NCBI GenBank assembly: GCA_030835405.1
Contig: JAURPG010000097.1
Span: forward strand, 8,479-72,478
Length of the DNA: 64,000 bases
From: Gammaproteobacteria bacterium
Lineage (GTDB): Bacteria > Pseudomonadota > Gammaproteobacteria > Eutrophobiales > Eutrophobiaceae
Reading direction: 5' to 3'
This document shows, in pieces, positions 29,610-39,847 of the stretch (positions within the stretch are counted from its first letter, which is position 1; each line of letters opens with the position of its first letter). Position numbers and translations under genes: made by a program. The notes under the pieces were generated by a model. The model ran no database searches. It had not been told where the DNA came from and saw nothing but the letters and a program-made list of their open reading frames with translations.

Positions 29610-31354
29610 TTTTATCGTGAGTTTCTTTTTCCTCTTCGGTTTGTCTTTGATATTCAACGCCCTCTGGCAAGAGCAACGAAATGATGGTCCAGTCTGATTC
29701 CAGTTCGGGTGTACTGGTGGCAGTAAAACAATGAAGTTTGGATTTGGGATCGATGGCAAATAGAGGAATGACCCGGTTATTATACTTAATCAGGTAGTCC
29801 TCGAAGCCAAATTCCGCTTTTAAACGGGTAGATTTAATTTCCGCACCACTTCTAAGCCATCCTGCCATCGTCCCATAGGTTATCCCCGGACCAAATAAGG
29901 GCCTGCCACGGTGACGAATTGAGATCTTATGTTTTTCAGGTAGAGATGATTCACTGGAACTGATTAACTCATAGACACTGTTAGCACCAAATTCCGGGGT
30001 ATATTTAATACTCGCAAGGGTATCGGCATTGATCCGGCCGGACATGCCTAACATAGTCCCAATACCCGTCAGGTCCAGATGATGTTCGGCATGTTCTGAC
30101 ACAGGGTTACCGTAAAATGTGGGGAGTCCATCCATTCTTGCCTGACTGATATGGTCCCATCGCGTATCTGCCAGAATAACTTTTATGCCCTGATCATGTA
30201 TTGCTTTGCCGATTTTTCTTGCTACATTTCCACAGCCGATAATCAATGTACCATTGGTATCGGGTTCTCTTACTCCAAGCAGTGAGGCCATAAAACGGGA
30301 AGTGGCACTTTGAAAGACAACGGTGCCTATTATGACCATGAAGGTAAGTGGTACCAGAAGCTCAGCCCCTGGTAGATAATTCCGATCCCAATCCGGATAT
30401 GAAAACACCAATGGGTCGGGCAATAAACATCAGTACAATCAGAACTATCAGAGCACGCCACCCAAGCGTCAGGAACTCATTAAAATCCACCCGGGCTGCC
30501 AGGATTATAAATAAACCAGAACGTAAAAGTACGCTCAACGATTCTTTAAATTCAAGAATATCCTGAATATCTGTATTTCGCATGTTTCCCAGGACCATGC
30601 CCATAATGGTCACGGCCAAAAGGCCTGATTCATGTTGAAAAAAATCCGATATTGCATAGACACCCATGACCAGGGTAACGGTGAGAACATTTCGCAGATA
30701 TTCGGGGACAAGATGTTTGCGCAATGTATGGCCTAATAAATAGGCGAAGCAGAATCCCGTTAAGGTTCCAACAAGCAAGATTCCGCCAAAGGTCGTAAGG
30801 ATTGTTGTATAGGCATTGGCGGATTCAGATGAAATAATAAAGTTAAATACAATCACAGCAAACAGTGCCCCCAGCGGATCGATTACGATACCTTCCCACC
30901 TTAAGACGTTACTGATATTGGCATTGGGTCTGACCGTTCTTAGCATGGGTATGATGACTGTAGGTCCGGTGACGGTAACTACCGCACCGAATAAAAATGC
31001 AATATTCCAGTGTAGCCCTATTATATAATGGCTTGCCGCAGCAGTTACCGCGAGGGTAATGAGTGCACCGGTAGATATGAGATTTCTGACGACTGAACGA
31101 AGATTCTTAATTTCATCCAACTTCAGAGTTAAGGCCCCTTCAAACAGAATAATTGCTACCGCAAGAGAAACCAATGGAAACAACAGATCTCCAAATAAAC
31201 TGTCCGGGTCAAGTTGCTGTGTTACCGGGCCGGCAATAATACCTCCCAGTAACAGAAAAAGTATAGCAGGGAGTTTTATCCAGTTAGCAAGGAGTTGACA
31301 GAGTATACCCAGTATCCCGATGCCAGCCAGTGTGATCAGGATATTTGGTTCCAT
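29605..31354 (-). pseudogene. NhaP-type (CPA1) cation:proton antiporter with C-terminal RCK domain, broken by an internal deletion/frameshift near 30370
   Basis: ORF 30362-31354 (AIILFEGAL, VTGPTVI, WEGIVIDPLG, ESGLLAV) ends ...SELSTRG*. ORF 29605-30423 resumes PGAELLVPLTF...IIGCGNVA in another frame. The PRGIVAA helix usual in this family is missing at the junction. Confidence 0.75.
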
Positions 31355-31381
31355 CAGTTGTATACCAATGTGCTTGGCGTA

Positions 31382-32617
31382 CTACTGATTAAATTTCTGA
31401 AATAGTAATGTCGCGTTGGTACCACCAAAGCCGAAACTGTTAGACATCACAACATTGAGGCCAGCCTGGTCTATACGTTCAGTGACCACTGGCATTCCTT
31501 CAGCTTCAGGGTCAAGGTTGGAAATATTCGATGAGGCACAGACAAAATCCTGTTCCATCATTAACAGTGTGAAGATGGCCTCGTTAACACCTGCGGCGCC
31601 AAGTCCATGGCCGGATAATGCCTTGGTAGAACTGATATAAGGTATTTTGGAATTTTCAAACACACTCTTAATTGCAGCTAATTCCCCGGAATCACCGGCA
31701 GGCGTGCTGGTAGCATGGGCATTGATGTAATCAACTTCAACCTCTGATGTTGACAAGGCAATATTCATACAGCGCATTGCGCCTTCGCCAGATGGTTTGA
31801 CCATGTCAAAGCCGTCTGAAGTAGCCCCGTAGCCAATAACCTCAGCATATATTTTGGCATCACGATTTAAGGCGTGTTCAAGTTCTTCCAATACCAGAAT
31901 GCCTCCACCACCTGAGATCACAAAACCATCTCGATCGACGTCAAAGGGTCGGGAAGCAATTTCCGGTGTATCGTTATATTTAGAGGAGAGTGCTCCCATA
32001 CTGTCAAACAGCAAGGTACCGGTCCAGTGTAGTTCGTCACCACCACCGGCAAATACAATATCCTGTTTTCCACATTGAATGGATTCATAGGCATTACCTA
32101 TGCAGTGTGCGCTGGTGGCACAGGCAGAACTAATTGAGTAGTTCATGCCTTTAATTTTAAAAGGGACAGCAAGACACGCGCTGCAGGTGCTGGACATCAC
32201 CCGGGGCACCATGGTGGGGGGGACTTTTTTCGCACCCCTTTCACGAAGAATATCCGCGCTTAATACCATGTTCTCGGTGGATGAACCACCGCTACCGGCT
32301 ACCAGGCCTGTTCGCGGGTTTGATACCTGTTCTTCATTGAGCCCCGCATCTTCAATAGCATCTTGCATAGCGAGATAACAATAGGCTGCTGCACCACCCA
32401 TAAAACGTTTGAGCTTTTTATTGATTAATTCATCCAGATCCAGATCGATTGGGCCATACACATTTGTACGGTATCCAAGTTCTGCATATTCTTCTGAAAA
32501 CCTGATGCCGGTCTTATTCTCACGAAGTGAGTTAATGACCTCTGCCTTGTTGGTTCCAATGCTGGATTTTATCCCTAATCCGGTTATAACGACTCTTTTC
32601 AAGTTTCCCCCATTCAT
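31382..32617 (-). CDS. fabB: 3-oxoacyl-ACP synthase I
   Basis: SSACATSAH catalytic Cys, [15 protein letters not shown] and [10 protein letters not shown] motifs; follows fabA. Start could be the TTG at 32602. Confidence 0.93.
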   Translation of the reverse strand: MNGGNLKRVVITGLGIKSSIGTNKAEVINSLRENKTGIRFSEEYAELGYRTNVYGPIDLDLDELINKKLKRFMGGAAAYCYLAMQDAIEDAGLNEEQVSNPRTGLVAGSGGSSTENMVLSADILRERGAKKVPPTMVPRVMSSTCSACLAVPFKIKGMNYSISSACATSAHCIGNAYESIQCGKQDIVFAGGGDELHWTGTLLFDSMGALSSKYNDTPEIASRPFDVDRDGFVISGGGGILVLEELEHALNRDAKIYAEVIGYGATSDGFDMVKPSGEGAMRCMNIALSTSEVEVDYINAHATSTPAGDSGELAAIKSVFENSKIPYISSTKALSGHGLGAAGVNEAIFTLLMMEQDFVCASSNISNLDPEAEGMPVVTERIDQAGLNVVMSNSFGFGGTNATLLFQKFNQ

Positions 32618-33133
32618 TTAAAAATCATCCGTTCGGGTAAACAATCCTACTCTTAGATCATTGGCCTCGTAGATAACCCGTCCATCTACTTCCATGACCC
32701 CATCTGCCACTCCCATGACCAGACTGCGTAGGATAACCCGCTTCATGGTAATTTTATAGGTAATCAGCTTGTTTTTTGGGGTCGCCTGGCCGGTAAACTT
32801 GACCTTTCCTGCCCCCAGTGCCCGGCCTTTACCGGGTGCCCCGGTCCATCCTAGAAAAAATCCTACCAATTGCCACATGGCGTCCAGTCCCAGACAGCCT
32901 GGCATCACCGGATCGCCTCTAAAATGGCAATCAAAAAACCAGATATCAGGCGAAATATCTAGCTCGGCAACGATTATTCCTTTACCTGCTTCCCCGCCTG
33001 TATCGTTAATCTCGGTAATCCTGTCGAACATTAACATATTGGGTAAGGGTAATTGGGCATTTCCCGGTCCAAATAGATTACCGTTGCCACAGGCAAGTAA
33101 TTCTTCCTTATTATAACTGTTCTTTTTGTTCAT
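32618..33133 (-). CDS. fabA: 3-hydroxydecanoyl-ACP dehydratase/isomerase
   Basis: [37 protein letters not shown] and GRALG motifs. Confidence 0.97.
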   Translation of the reverse strand: MNKKNSYNKEELLACGNGNLFGPGNAQLPLPNMLMFDRITEINDTGGEAGKGIIVAELDISPDIWFFDCHFRGDPVMPGCLGLDAMWQLVGFFLGWTGAPGKGRALGAGKVKFTGQATPKNKLITYKITMKRVILRSLVMGVADGVMEVDGRVIYEANDLRVGLFTRTDDF

Positions 33134-33345
33134 AGGAGTTGTGGGGGTTACGTAATTTTTTCCGCGGGGAATATCATGTAATATGATATAAACAGCTGGA
33201 ACTCAATTATTTATTTTTATGTTTTTATACAGAAATTAAATTTTAAAATGGTGAGATATTGTACCTTTACATAAATTCAATTTGCAAAAGTAGCTAAATC
33301 TTAATTCACATAGTTGTAATTTCTCTAATATATACTGGAATTCTA

Positions 33346-34578
33346 ATGAATGCACTAATAGGCCCACAAAGCAGTCACAATACCGTTGGGGTGAAAGTCG
33401 GAGATATCTGTATTGGTGGAAAATCGCCGGTCGTTGTACAGTCTATGACCAATACGGATACAGCCGATGCCGAGGCAACCGCAAAACAGGTCAAAGAGCT
33501 TGCAGATGCAGGATCTGAACTGGTCAGGATCACGGTAAATACCGAAGAGGCCGCCAGTCAGGTAGCAAAAATCAGGGAAATTCTTGATGCAAAAGCTTGT
33601 AATGTACCGATCATTGGTGACTTTCATTATAACGGTCATTTATTGCTGACCAAGTACCCTGAATGTGCGCAGGCATTGGCAAAGTACCGGATCAATCCTG
33701 GTAATGTTGGCTTTGGCAAGAAAAAAGATACCCAGTTCAGCACCATGATTGAAAAAGCCATTGAATACAATAAACCGGTTCGTATCGGCGTGAACTGGGG
33801 TAGCCTGGACCAGGAACTGCTTACAGGTCTCATGGATGAAAATGCCGGCCAGGAAAATCCTAAAGAAACTGATGAAGTTATGCAGGAAGCCTTGATCGTT
33901 TCTGCTTTGAGCAGCGCGGAACGCGCGGTGGAACTGGGGCTTCCCAAAGATCATATTGTCCTGTCCTGTAAGGTCAGTGGTGTACAAAAATTAATCAGTG
34001 TGTATCGTGACCTTGCCAGCCGCAGCGACTATGCGTTACACCTGGGGCTTACAGAAGCCGGTATGGGCTCCAAAGGCATTGTTGCCTCAACCGCCGCTAT
34101 CGGAGTGCTCTTGCAGGAGGGAATCGGTGATACCATCAGGATTTCATTGACACCTGAGCCTGGTGGTGATCGTGCCCGCGAGGTGATCGTTGCCCAGGAG
34201 ATTTTACAGACGATGGGACTAAGATCATTTACCCCGCAGGTAACCGCCTGTCCAGGGTGTGGCCGCACTACCAGTACGGTGTTTCAGGAGCTAGCAGAAA
34301 ATATCCAGAGTTATGTCAGAAACCAGATGCCAGTGTGGCGGGAAAAATACCAGGGTGTGGAAGACCTGAGCCTGGCGGTGATGGGGTGTGTGGTGAACGG
34401 TCCGGGAGAAAGTAAACATTCCGATATCGGTATCAGTCTGCCCGGTACCGGAGAGGCGCCGGCGGCACCGGTGTTTATTGACGGCAAAAAGTTTACCACC
34501 TTAAGAGGCGACAACATTGCCGGAGATTTTCAGAAACTTGTTGATGAGTATATCGAGCAGCGGTACGGACAGTCATAA
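33346..34578 (+). CDS. ispG: (E)-4-hydroxy-3-methylbut-2-enyl-diphosphate synthase
   Basis: [32 protein letters not shown] and [10 protein letters not shown] motifs. Confidence 0.96.
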   Translation: MNALIGPQSSHNTVGVKVGDICIGGKSPVVVQSMTNTDTADAEATAKQVKELADAGSELVRITVNTEEAASQVAKIREILDAKACNVPIIGDFHYNGHLLLTKYPECAQALAKYRINPGNVGFGKKKDTQFSTMIEKAIEYNKPVRIGVNWGSLDQELLTGLMDENAGQENPKETDEVMQEALIVSALSSAERAVELGLPKDHIVLSCKVSGVQKLISVYRDLASRSDYALHLGLTEAGMGSKGIVASTAAIGVLLQEGIGDTIRISLTPEPGGDRAREVIVAQEILQTMGLRSFTPQVTACPGCGRTTSTVFQELAENIQSYVRNQMPVWREKYQGVEDLSLAVMGCVVNGPGESKHSDIGISLPGTGEAPAAPVFIDGKKFTTLRGDNIAGDFQKLVDEYIEQRYGQS

Positions 34579-34632
34579 GTCTGCCGGATATCTGTATTAA
34601 ACCAAATTAACAACAATACGGAGATAGTGTAT

Positions 34633-36570
34633 ATGTCTGAAGTAAAAACCTATCCAGTATCACAGTCAGCCAAACAACGTGCATGGATTGATGATGATAA
34701 ATATCTTTCCATGTACCGCCGCTCTATTGAAGACCCGGACGGTTTCTGGGCAGAGCAGGCTGAAGAATTTATCAGCTGGTCAAAGAAGTGGGACAAGGTC
34801 CAGGAATGGGATTACGACCAGGCCAATATCAAATGGTTTATTAATGGAAAATTGAATGTCACATACAATTGTCTGGACAGACACCTGGAATCCCGTGGCG
34901 ACCAGGTAGCTGTACTTTGGGAAGGGGATGACCCTGATACAGACAAGAAGATTACCTATCGTGAATTACACGAAATGGTATGTCGTCTGGCTAATGTTCT
35001 GAAACAGCGTGGTGTAAAAAAGGGAGATCGGGTCTCTATTTACATGCCCATGGTTCCCGAGGCCGCAGTGGCCATGCTGGCCTGCGCCCGGATCGGTGCG
35101 ATTCATTCGGTGGTATTTGGTGGTTTTTCCCCCACCGCCTTAAAAGACCGTATCCTGGATTCAGATTGCGAAGTGGTTATTACTGCTGATGAAGGTGTTC
35201 GTGGAGCAAAAACAGTACCACTGAAGGCCAATGTTGATGAGGCATTAAACGATTGTCCGAATGTCCATACCGTGGTGGTCTATAAGCGTACCGGTAAAGA
35301 GATTAACTGGGTTGATGACCGTGATATCTGGTATCAAGATGCGATAGCAGCGGCCAGTTCCGATTGTCCGCCAGAGGAAATGGATGCAGAAGACCCGCTT
35401 TTTATTCTTTATACATCAGGGTCAACCGGCAAGCCAAAAGGTGTTTTGCATACCACCGGCGGATATATTCTATATGCTGCCATCACTCATAAATACGTCT
35501 TTGATTATCACGATGGTGACATCTACTGGTGTACCGCTGATGTGGGTTGGGTGACTGGTCATACCTACATGATTTATGGACCACTTTGCAATGGTGCCAC
35601 TACCTTGTTGTTTGAAGGTATACCTACTTATCCCGATGCTGGTAGATTTTGGCAGGTGGTGGACAAGCACCAGGTGAATATTATTTACACTGCCCCAACG
35701 GCGTTGCGGGCACTGATGGGGCAGGGTAATGATTTCGTCACCAAGTATTCCCGCAGTAGTCTGCGTACCCTGGGCACTGTGGGTGAACCCATAAACCCCG
35801 AGGCATGGGAATGGTATTACCATGTGGTGGGTGATGAACGTTGTCCTGTGGTGGATACCTGGTGGCAGACCGAGACCGGAGGCATCCTGATTACTCCCTT
35901 ACCGGGGGCCACGGGACTAAAACCGGGATCGGCAACACGGCCGTTTTTTGGTATTGAAGCCGCCATCGTCAATGAACAGGGTGAGATTCTGGAGGGAGAG
36001 GTTGAGGGAGCATTGTGTATCATCCGCTCATGGCCGGGTCAGATGCGTAGTGTTTATGGCGATCATCAACGATTTATTGACACCTATTTCAAGACCTTTC
36101 CTGGCAAGTACTTCAGTGGTGATGGTGCCCGGCGTGATGCCGACGGTTATTACTGGATCACTGGCCGCGTTGATGACGTACTTAATGTTTCTGGCCATAG
36201 AATGGGAACGGCGGAAGTCGAAAGTGCCTTGGTTTTACATGATGCCGTTGCCGAGGCAGCTGTTGTGGGTTACCCACATGATATCAAAGGGCAGGGGATC
36301 TACGCCTACGTGACCTTGATGGCTGGTGTGGAGTATCAAGACCAACTCAAAAAAGAACTGGTTCAGCATGTGCGAAAAGAGATCGGTCCAATCGCCAGTC
36401 CGGACATTATCCAGTGGGCGCCAGGTCTACCCAAGACCCGTTCAGGCAAAATCATGCGCAGGATATTAAGAAAAATTGCCGCCAATGATATCGACAACCT
36501 GGGGGATACCAGTACCCTGGCAGATCCCGTGGTGGTTGACCACCTGATCGAAAATCGGGTCAATCGCTGA
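34633..36570 (+). CDS. acs: Acetyl-CoA synthetase
   Basis: [34 protein letters not shown] and [12 protein letters not shown] motifs; ATG at 34633 (GTG 34627 is an alternative). Confidence 0.97.
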   Translation: MSEVKTYPVSQSAKQRAWIDDDKYLSMYRRSIEDPDGFWAEQAEEFISWSKKWDKVQEWDYDQANIKWFINGKLNVTYNCLDRHLESRGDQVAVLWEGDDPDTDKKITYRELHEMVCRLANVLKQRGVKKGDRVSIYMPMVPEAAVAMLACARIGAIHSVVFGGFSPTALKDRILDSDCEVVITADEGVRGAKTVPLKANVDEALNDCPNVHTVVVYKRTGKEINWVDDRDIWYQDAIAAASSDCPPEEMDAEDPLFILYTSGSTGKPKGVLHTTGGYILYAAITHKYVFDYHDGDIYWCTADVGWVTGHTYMIYGPLCNGATTLLFEGIPTYPDAGRFWQVVDKHQVNIIYTAPTALRALMGQGNDFVTKYSRSSLRTLGTVGEPINPEAWEWYYHVVGDERCPVVDTWWQTETGGILITPLPGATGLKPGSATRPFFGIEAAIVNEQGEILEGEVEGALCIIRSWPGQMRSVYGDHQRFIDTYFKTFPGKYFSGDGARRDADGYYWITGRVDDVLNVSGHRMGTAEVESALVLHDAVAEAAVVGYPHDIKGQGIYAYVTLMAGVEYQDQLKKELVQHVRKEIGPIASPDIIQWAPGLPKTRSGKIMRRILRKIAANDIDNLGDTSTLADPVVVDHLIENRVNR

Positions 36571-36586
36571 TCTAATAAACAATTAA

Positions 36587-36620
36587 GGGGATGGAAATTA
36601 ATCTATCCCCCTGATTTAAT
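36587..36620 (+). terminator. Probable intrinsic terminator after acs
   Basis: Stem GGGGATGGA/TCTATCCCC with 6-nt loop and an imperfect T-rich tail. Confidence 0.45.
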
Positions 36621-36674
36621 TAAGTATTATAGATTTCCACGTCGCTGGTTAACATACAATTAATTGGTATTTCA

Positions 36675-36714
36675 TTGACTCTTTGCCTCAGCTACATTAT
36701 GTTGCATTGCAACA
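36675..36714 (+). promoter_or_regulatory. Sigma70 promoter of phaE-phaC overlapped by a PhaR-like operator
   Basis: TTGACT(36675-80)-N17-TATGTT(36698-703); perfect palindrome TGTTGCA-T-TGCAACA (36700-36714) containing TGC-N3-GCA. Confidence 0.6.
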
Positions 36715-36805
36715 GAGCCGAAGGTGTTTTATAGTTCGACTCGATAATGAACATCAGGGATAAACCAAATATGGTTGGTTGCTGACAAAAAAACGGGAAG
36801 ATTAG

Positions 36806-37921
36806 ATGGCTACTGAAAATAATTTTTTTAATGACGTGGATTGGACAAAACTGCAACAGCAGTATGTGGACGCAGTTTCTTCATTCTATTCAACGCCCAC
36901 GCAGAAATCCAGCAACCCCTGGCAAGAGGCCATGGAATTCTGGTGGCAATCCGTGGGCGGACAGCTCCCTGATAAAAATAAAACAGTCTTCAACTCTGTA
37001 CTGGACCAATCCAAGGTGTTTTATTCCATTGCAAATCAGTTTACATCCATGTTGAATGATATCAGCAAACAGCCCAGTGGTCAGGATGATTGGCAGGGGA
37101 TTATGTTTTCTCATCTGGAGAAAATGAAATCCATGTTTGATTTGTTCCAGCAAAATTCAGATCTTTCATCCATGGTCCCAGGCATGATGTGGGCATCCCC
37201 CATGGACATGTGGAACCAGGTCATGTCATCAATGATACCGGATGAATCGGCCAGTAAATTACTGGAAATTCCGGGAATTGGTCTTACTAGAGACCTGCAG
37301 CAAAAGAGCCAGAAGACCATCCGCCTATGGAATGATTACCAGCAGAATAGCAATAAATACAATGCAACATTTGCCATGCTGGGTAAACAGGCATTAGATA
37401 AACTGGGTCAGGATATTCTTGTAATGGCAGAATCTGACAAGAAAATTACCTCGCTAAAAGATCTTTATAACATGTGGGTAGATGCCAATGAAGAGATGTT
37501 TGCCGAGTACGCACAAACTGAAGAATATTCAAAATTATATGCCGACCTGGTGAATTCTCTGGTGAGATTCAAGAAACACTATAACGAGATGATGGATGAT
37601 GTACTGAAGAACTTAAACCTGCCCACGACACAGGGTATGGGATCCATTACCAAACAACAACATGACATCAAGAAAGAATTACATCATAACCGGCAAGCCC
37701 AGGAGAAACTTCAGTCAGCCATGAAAAAGCTTCAGTCTGAGCTGGATGAAATGAATAGAACAAAGAAAACAACTGTTCAAAAGAAAAAAACCGGGAAGAA
37801 AGCAACCAGTAAAAACAATAAAATGACAAAGCCATTGGCTAAAAAGCCTTCTAACAAGGCGACTAAAAAAGCTGCTAAAAAAACTGCAGCGAAAAAGAAA
37901 CCTGTTAAAAAATCTAAATAA
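36806..37921 (+). CDS. phaE: Class III PHA synthase subunit PhaE with Lys/Ala-rich C-terminal tail
   Basis: IPGIGLTRD, SLKDLYNMWVDANEE and LNLPT motifs; lies directly upstream of class III phaC. Confidence 0.85.
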   Translation: MATENNFFNDVDWTKLQQQYVDAVSSFYSTPTQKSSNPWQEAMEFWWQSVGGQLPDKNKTVFNSVLDQSKVFYSIANQFTSMLNDISKQPSGQDDWQGIMFSHLEKMKSMFDLFQQNSDLSSMVPGMMWASPMDMWNQVMSSMIPDESASKLLEIPGIGLTRDLQQKSQKTIRLWNDYQQNSNKYNATFAMLGKQALDKLGQDILVMAESDKKITSLKDLYNMWVDANEEMFAEYAQTEEYSKLYADLVNSLVRFKKHYNEMMDDVLKNLNLPTTQGMGSITKQQHDIKKELHHNRQAQEKLQSAMKKLQSELDEMNRTKKTTVQKKKTGKKATSKNNKMTKPLAKKPSNKATKKAAKKTAAKKKPVKKSK

Positions 37922-37939
37922 TCATTACCTGGAAAGCAT

Positions 37940-39004
37940 ATGAATCCTTTTGAACTCAACCCCCAATCTATCACAGAAGAAATTCTGGATTTTAATACCA
38001 AGTTGGCAGCAGGGATCAATACCCTCACAGAAATGGGAGAATTTGATGAGGGTGTTTCTGAAAAAGACGCAGTCTATTCAGAGGATAAGCTGGTTCTGCA
38101 CCACTATCAGTCACGTACAGATAAGCAGAATAAAGTACCTATCCTGATTGTCTATGCATTGGTGAATCGACCTTATATGGCGGATTTGCAGGAAGACCGT
38201 TCATTAATCCGTGGGCTGTTAGATGCGGGCATGGATGTGTATTTAATAGACTGGGGTTATCCCGATGATGCGGATCGTTATCTCAGTCTGGATGATTATA
38301 TAAATGGTTATATAGACCGGTGTGTGGATGTAATTCGCCAGCGTAGTAAACAGGAAAAGATCAATCTATTGGGAATATGCCAGGGTGGTGCATTCAGTCT
38401 ATGTTATACAAGTTTGCATCAGGACAAGGTAAAGAATCTTATCACGACAGTGACACCAGTAGATTTTCAAACAAAAAATGATATGTTGAGTCACCTTGCC
38501 CGGAATATTGACACAGATGCTTGTGTGGATGCCCTGGGGAATGTTTCTGGCGATCTCCTGAACTGGTCTTTTATGATGTTGAAGCCCTTTCGCTTAATGG
38601 GGCAGAAGTACATGGACCTGGTGGATATTGTTGATGATAAAACCAAATTGAAGAATTTTCTCACGATGGAAAACTGGATATTTGATAGTCCCGATCAGGC
38701 GGGCGAGGCCTACCGGGAATTCATAAAACAATTCTATCAGGAAAATAAATTAGTCAAGGCTGAGGTTAAGATTGGAGAGGACACTGTCGACCTTGGCAGG
38801 ATTACCGTACCTATCCTAAATATCTATGCCAGGGATGATCACCTGGTTCCACCGGATTCTTCCCGTGCATTACAGGGCTGTATCACTTCGGATGACTATT
38901 CCGAAATGGAATTTCCTGGTGGCCATATCGGCATCTACGTCAGTTCCAGGGCCCAAAAGACCCTGCCACCTGCCATTGCAGACTGGATCAACAAGCGTAC
39001 CTGA
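37940..39004 (+). CDS. phaC: Class III poly(R)-hydroxyalkanoate synthase subunit PhaC
   Basis: VYALVNRPYMADLQ, lipase box GICQGG, WIFDSPDQAGE, DHLVPP and GGHIG motifs; 354 aa. Confidence 0.95.
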   Translation: MNPFELNPQSITEEILDFNTKLAAGINTLTEMGEFDEGVSEKDAVYSEDKLVLHHYQSRTDKQNKVPILIVYALVNRPYMADLQEDRSLIRGLLDAGMDVYLIDWGYPDDADRYLSLDDYINGYIDRCVDVIRQRSKQEKINLLGICQGGAFSLCYTSLHQDKVKNLITTVTPVDFQTKNDMLSHLARNIDTDACVDALGNVSGDLLNWSFMMLKPFRLMGQKYMDLVDIVDDKTKLKNFLTMENWIFDSPDQAGEAYREFIKQFYQENKLVKAEVKIGEDTVDLGRITVPILNIYARDDHLVPPDSSRALQGCITSDDYSEMEFPGGHIGIYVSSRAQKTLPPAIADWINKRT

Positions 39005-39019
39005 TAAAATCATGAACGG

Positions 39020-39055
39020 CCGGAGTAGTTTATTAAACTACTCCGGTTTTTGTTT
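39020..39055 (+). terminator. Intrinsic terminator after phaC
   Basis: 12-bp perfect stem CCGGAGTAGTTT/AAACTACTCCGG, 3-nt loop, TTTTTGTTT tail. Confidence 0.85.
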
Positions 39056-39228
39056 GAAAACTCCCGCCCAAACCACGGGTAAAAATCAAAGCCTGTATCC
39101 CATAATTCCTTAACTTCTTTACTTCTATTCAATTAAGTGTTTTATAATTACCCTGCAACAGGTGACTAAAATTAGCCCCTATTTTCTATAGTCACCACAT
39201 TGACTGGTAAATAATTATGGAGAGGATA

Positions 39229-39759
39229 ATGAAACGATTACTTCTGCTGTGTGCATTAACATCCTTAAGTACGATTGTTATTGCTGATCATGACAAGGTG
39301 GTGGGTAAACCGACACCGGGTATTCGCAATCTGCAGGTAGTTGACAGTAAGGTGGCCTGCGCCGGAGCGATCACCCCTGAGACTGTGCCCAGTATCAAGG
39401 AAATGGGATTTGTCTCCATCATCAACCTGCGTCGTGCTGAAGAGCAGGGTGCAAGAGTTGAAGAAGAAACAGCAGCAGCCACGTCTGCCGGGCTGAATTA
39501 TTTCCACATACCCTTTAACAGTAGAGATCCGGATCCTGCAGCAGTGGACGATTTTATTGCGGCATTAGCTGAGCCTGGCATGGAACCAGCCTTTATTCAC
39601 TGCGCGGGAGGAACCCGTGCCGCAGGAATGTGGTATGCAAAACGGGTGATCCAGGACGGACTGGACAGGGACCATGCCCTGGAAGAGGCCAGGGCACTGG
39701 GTCTGGGTAGCGAAACATTGCAATCTTTTATGGATGACTATATCGATTCAAAGCTTTAA
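39229..39759 (+). CDS. Exported DUF442/protein-tyrosine-phosphatase-like (sulfurtransferase-like) protein
   Basis: GGAGAGG RBS before ATG 39229, signal peptide, IINLR, YFHIP and FIHCAGGTRA (CX4R) motifs. Confidence 0.75.
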   Translation: MKRLLLLCALTSLSTIVIADHDKVVGKPTPGIRNLQVVDSKVACAGAITPETVPSIKEMGFVSIINLRRAEEQGARVEEETAAATSAGLNYFHIPFNSRDPDPAAVDDFIAALAEPGMEPAFIHCAGGTRAAGMWYAKRVIQDGLDRDHALEEARALGLGSETLQSFMDDYIDSKL

Positions 39760-39782
39760 TTAGTCTTTAACACACAATAACG

Positions 39783-39817
39783 GCCGGAATGAATATGATT
39801 CATTCCGGCTTTTTTTT
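39783..39817 (+). terminator. Intrinsic terminator
   Basis: 12-bp perfect stem GCCGGAATGAAT/ATTCATTCCGGC followed by T8. Confidence 0.88.
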
Positions 39818-39847
39818 CTTGGGAATATTATCCTAAGATAACTTCTG

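Noticed and set aside
29605..30423. 272-aa ORF as an independent gene
   Set aside because: Its first ~17 residues are out-of-frame antiporter sequence; it is the C-terminal part of the broken antiporter.
39161..39196. Inverted repeat GGTGACTA...TAGTCACC upstream of the DUF442-like gene
   Set aside because: 8-bp arms with a 20-nt spacer; no supporting motif or second copy.
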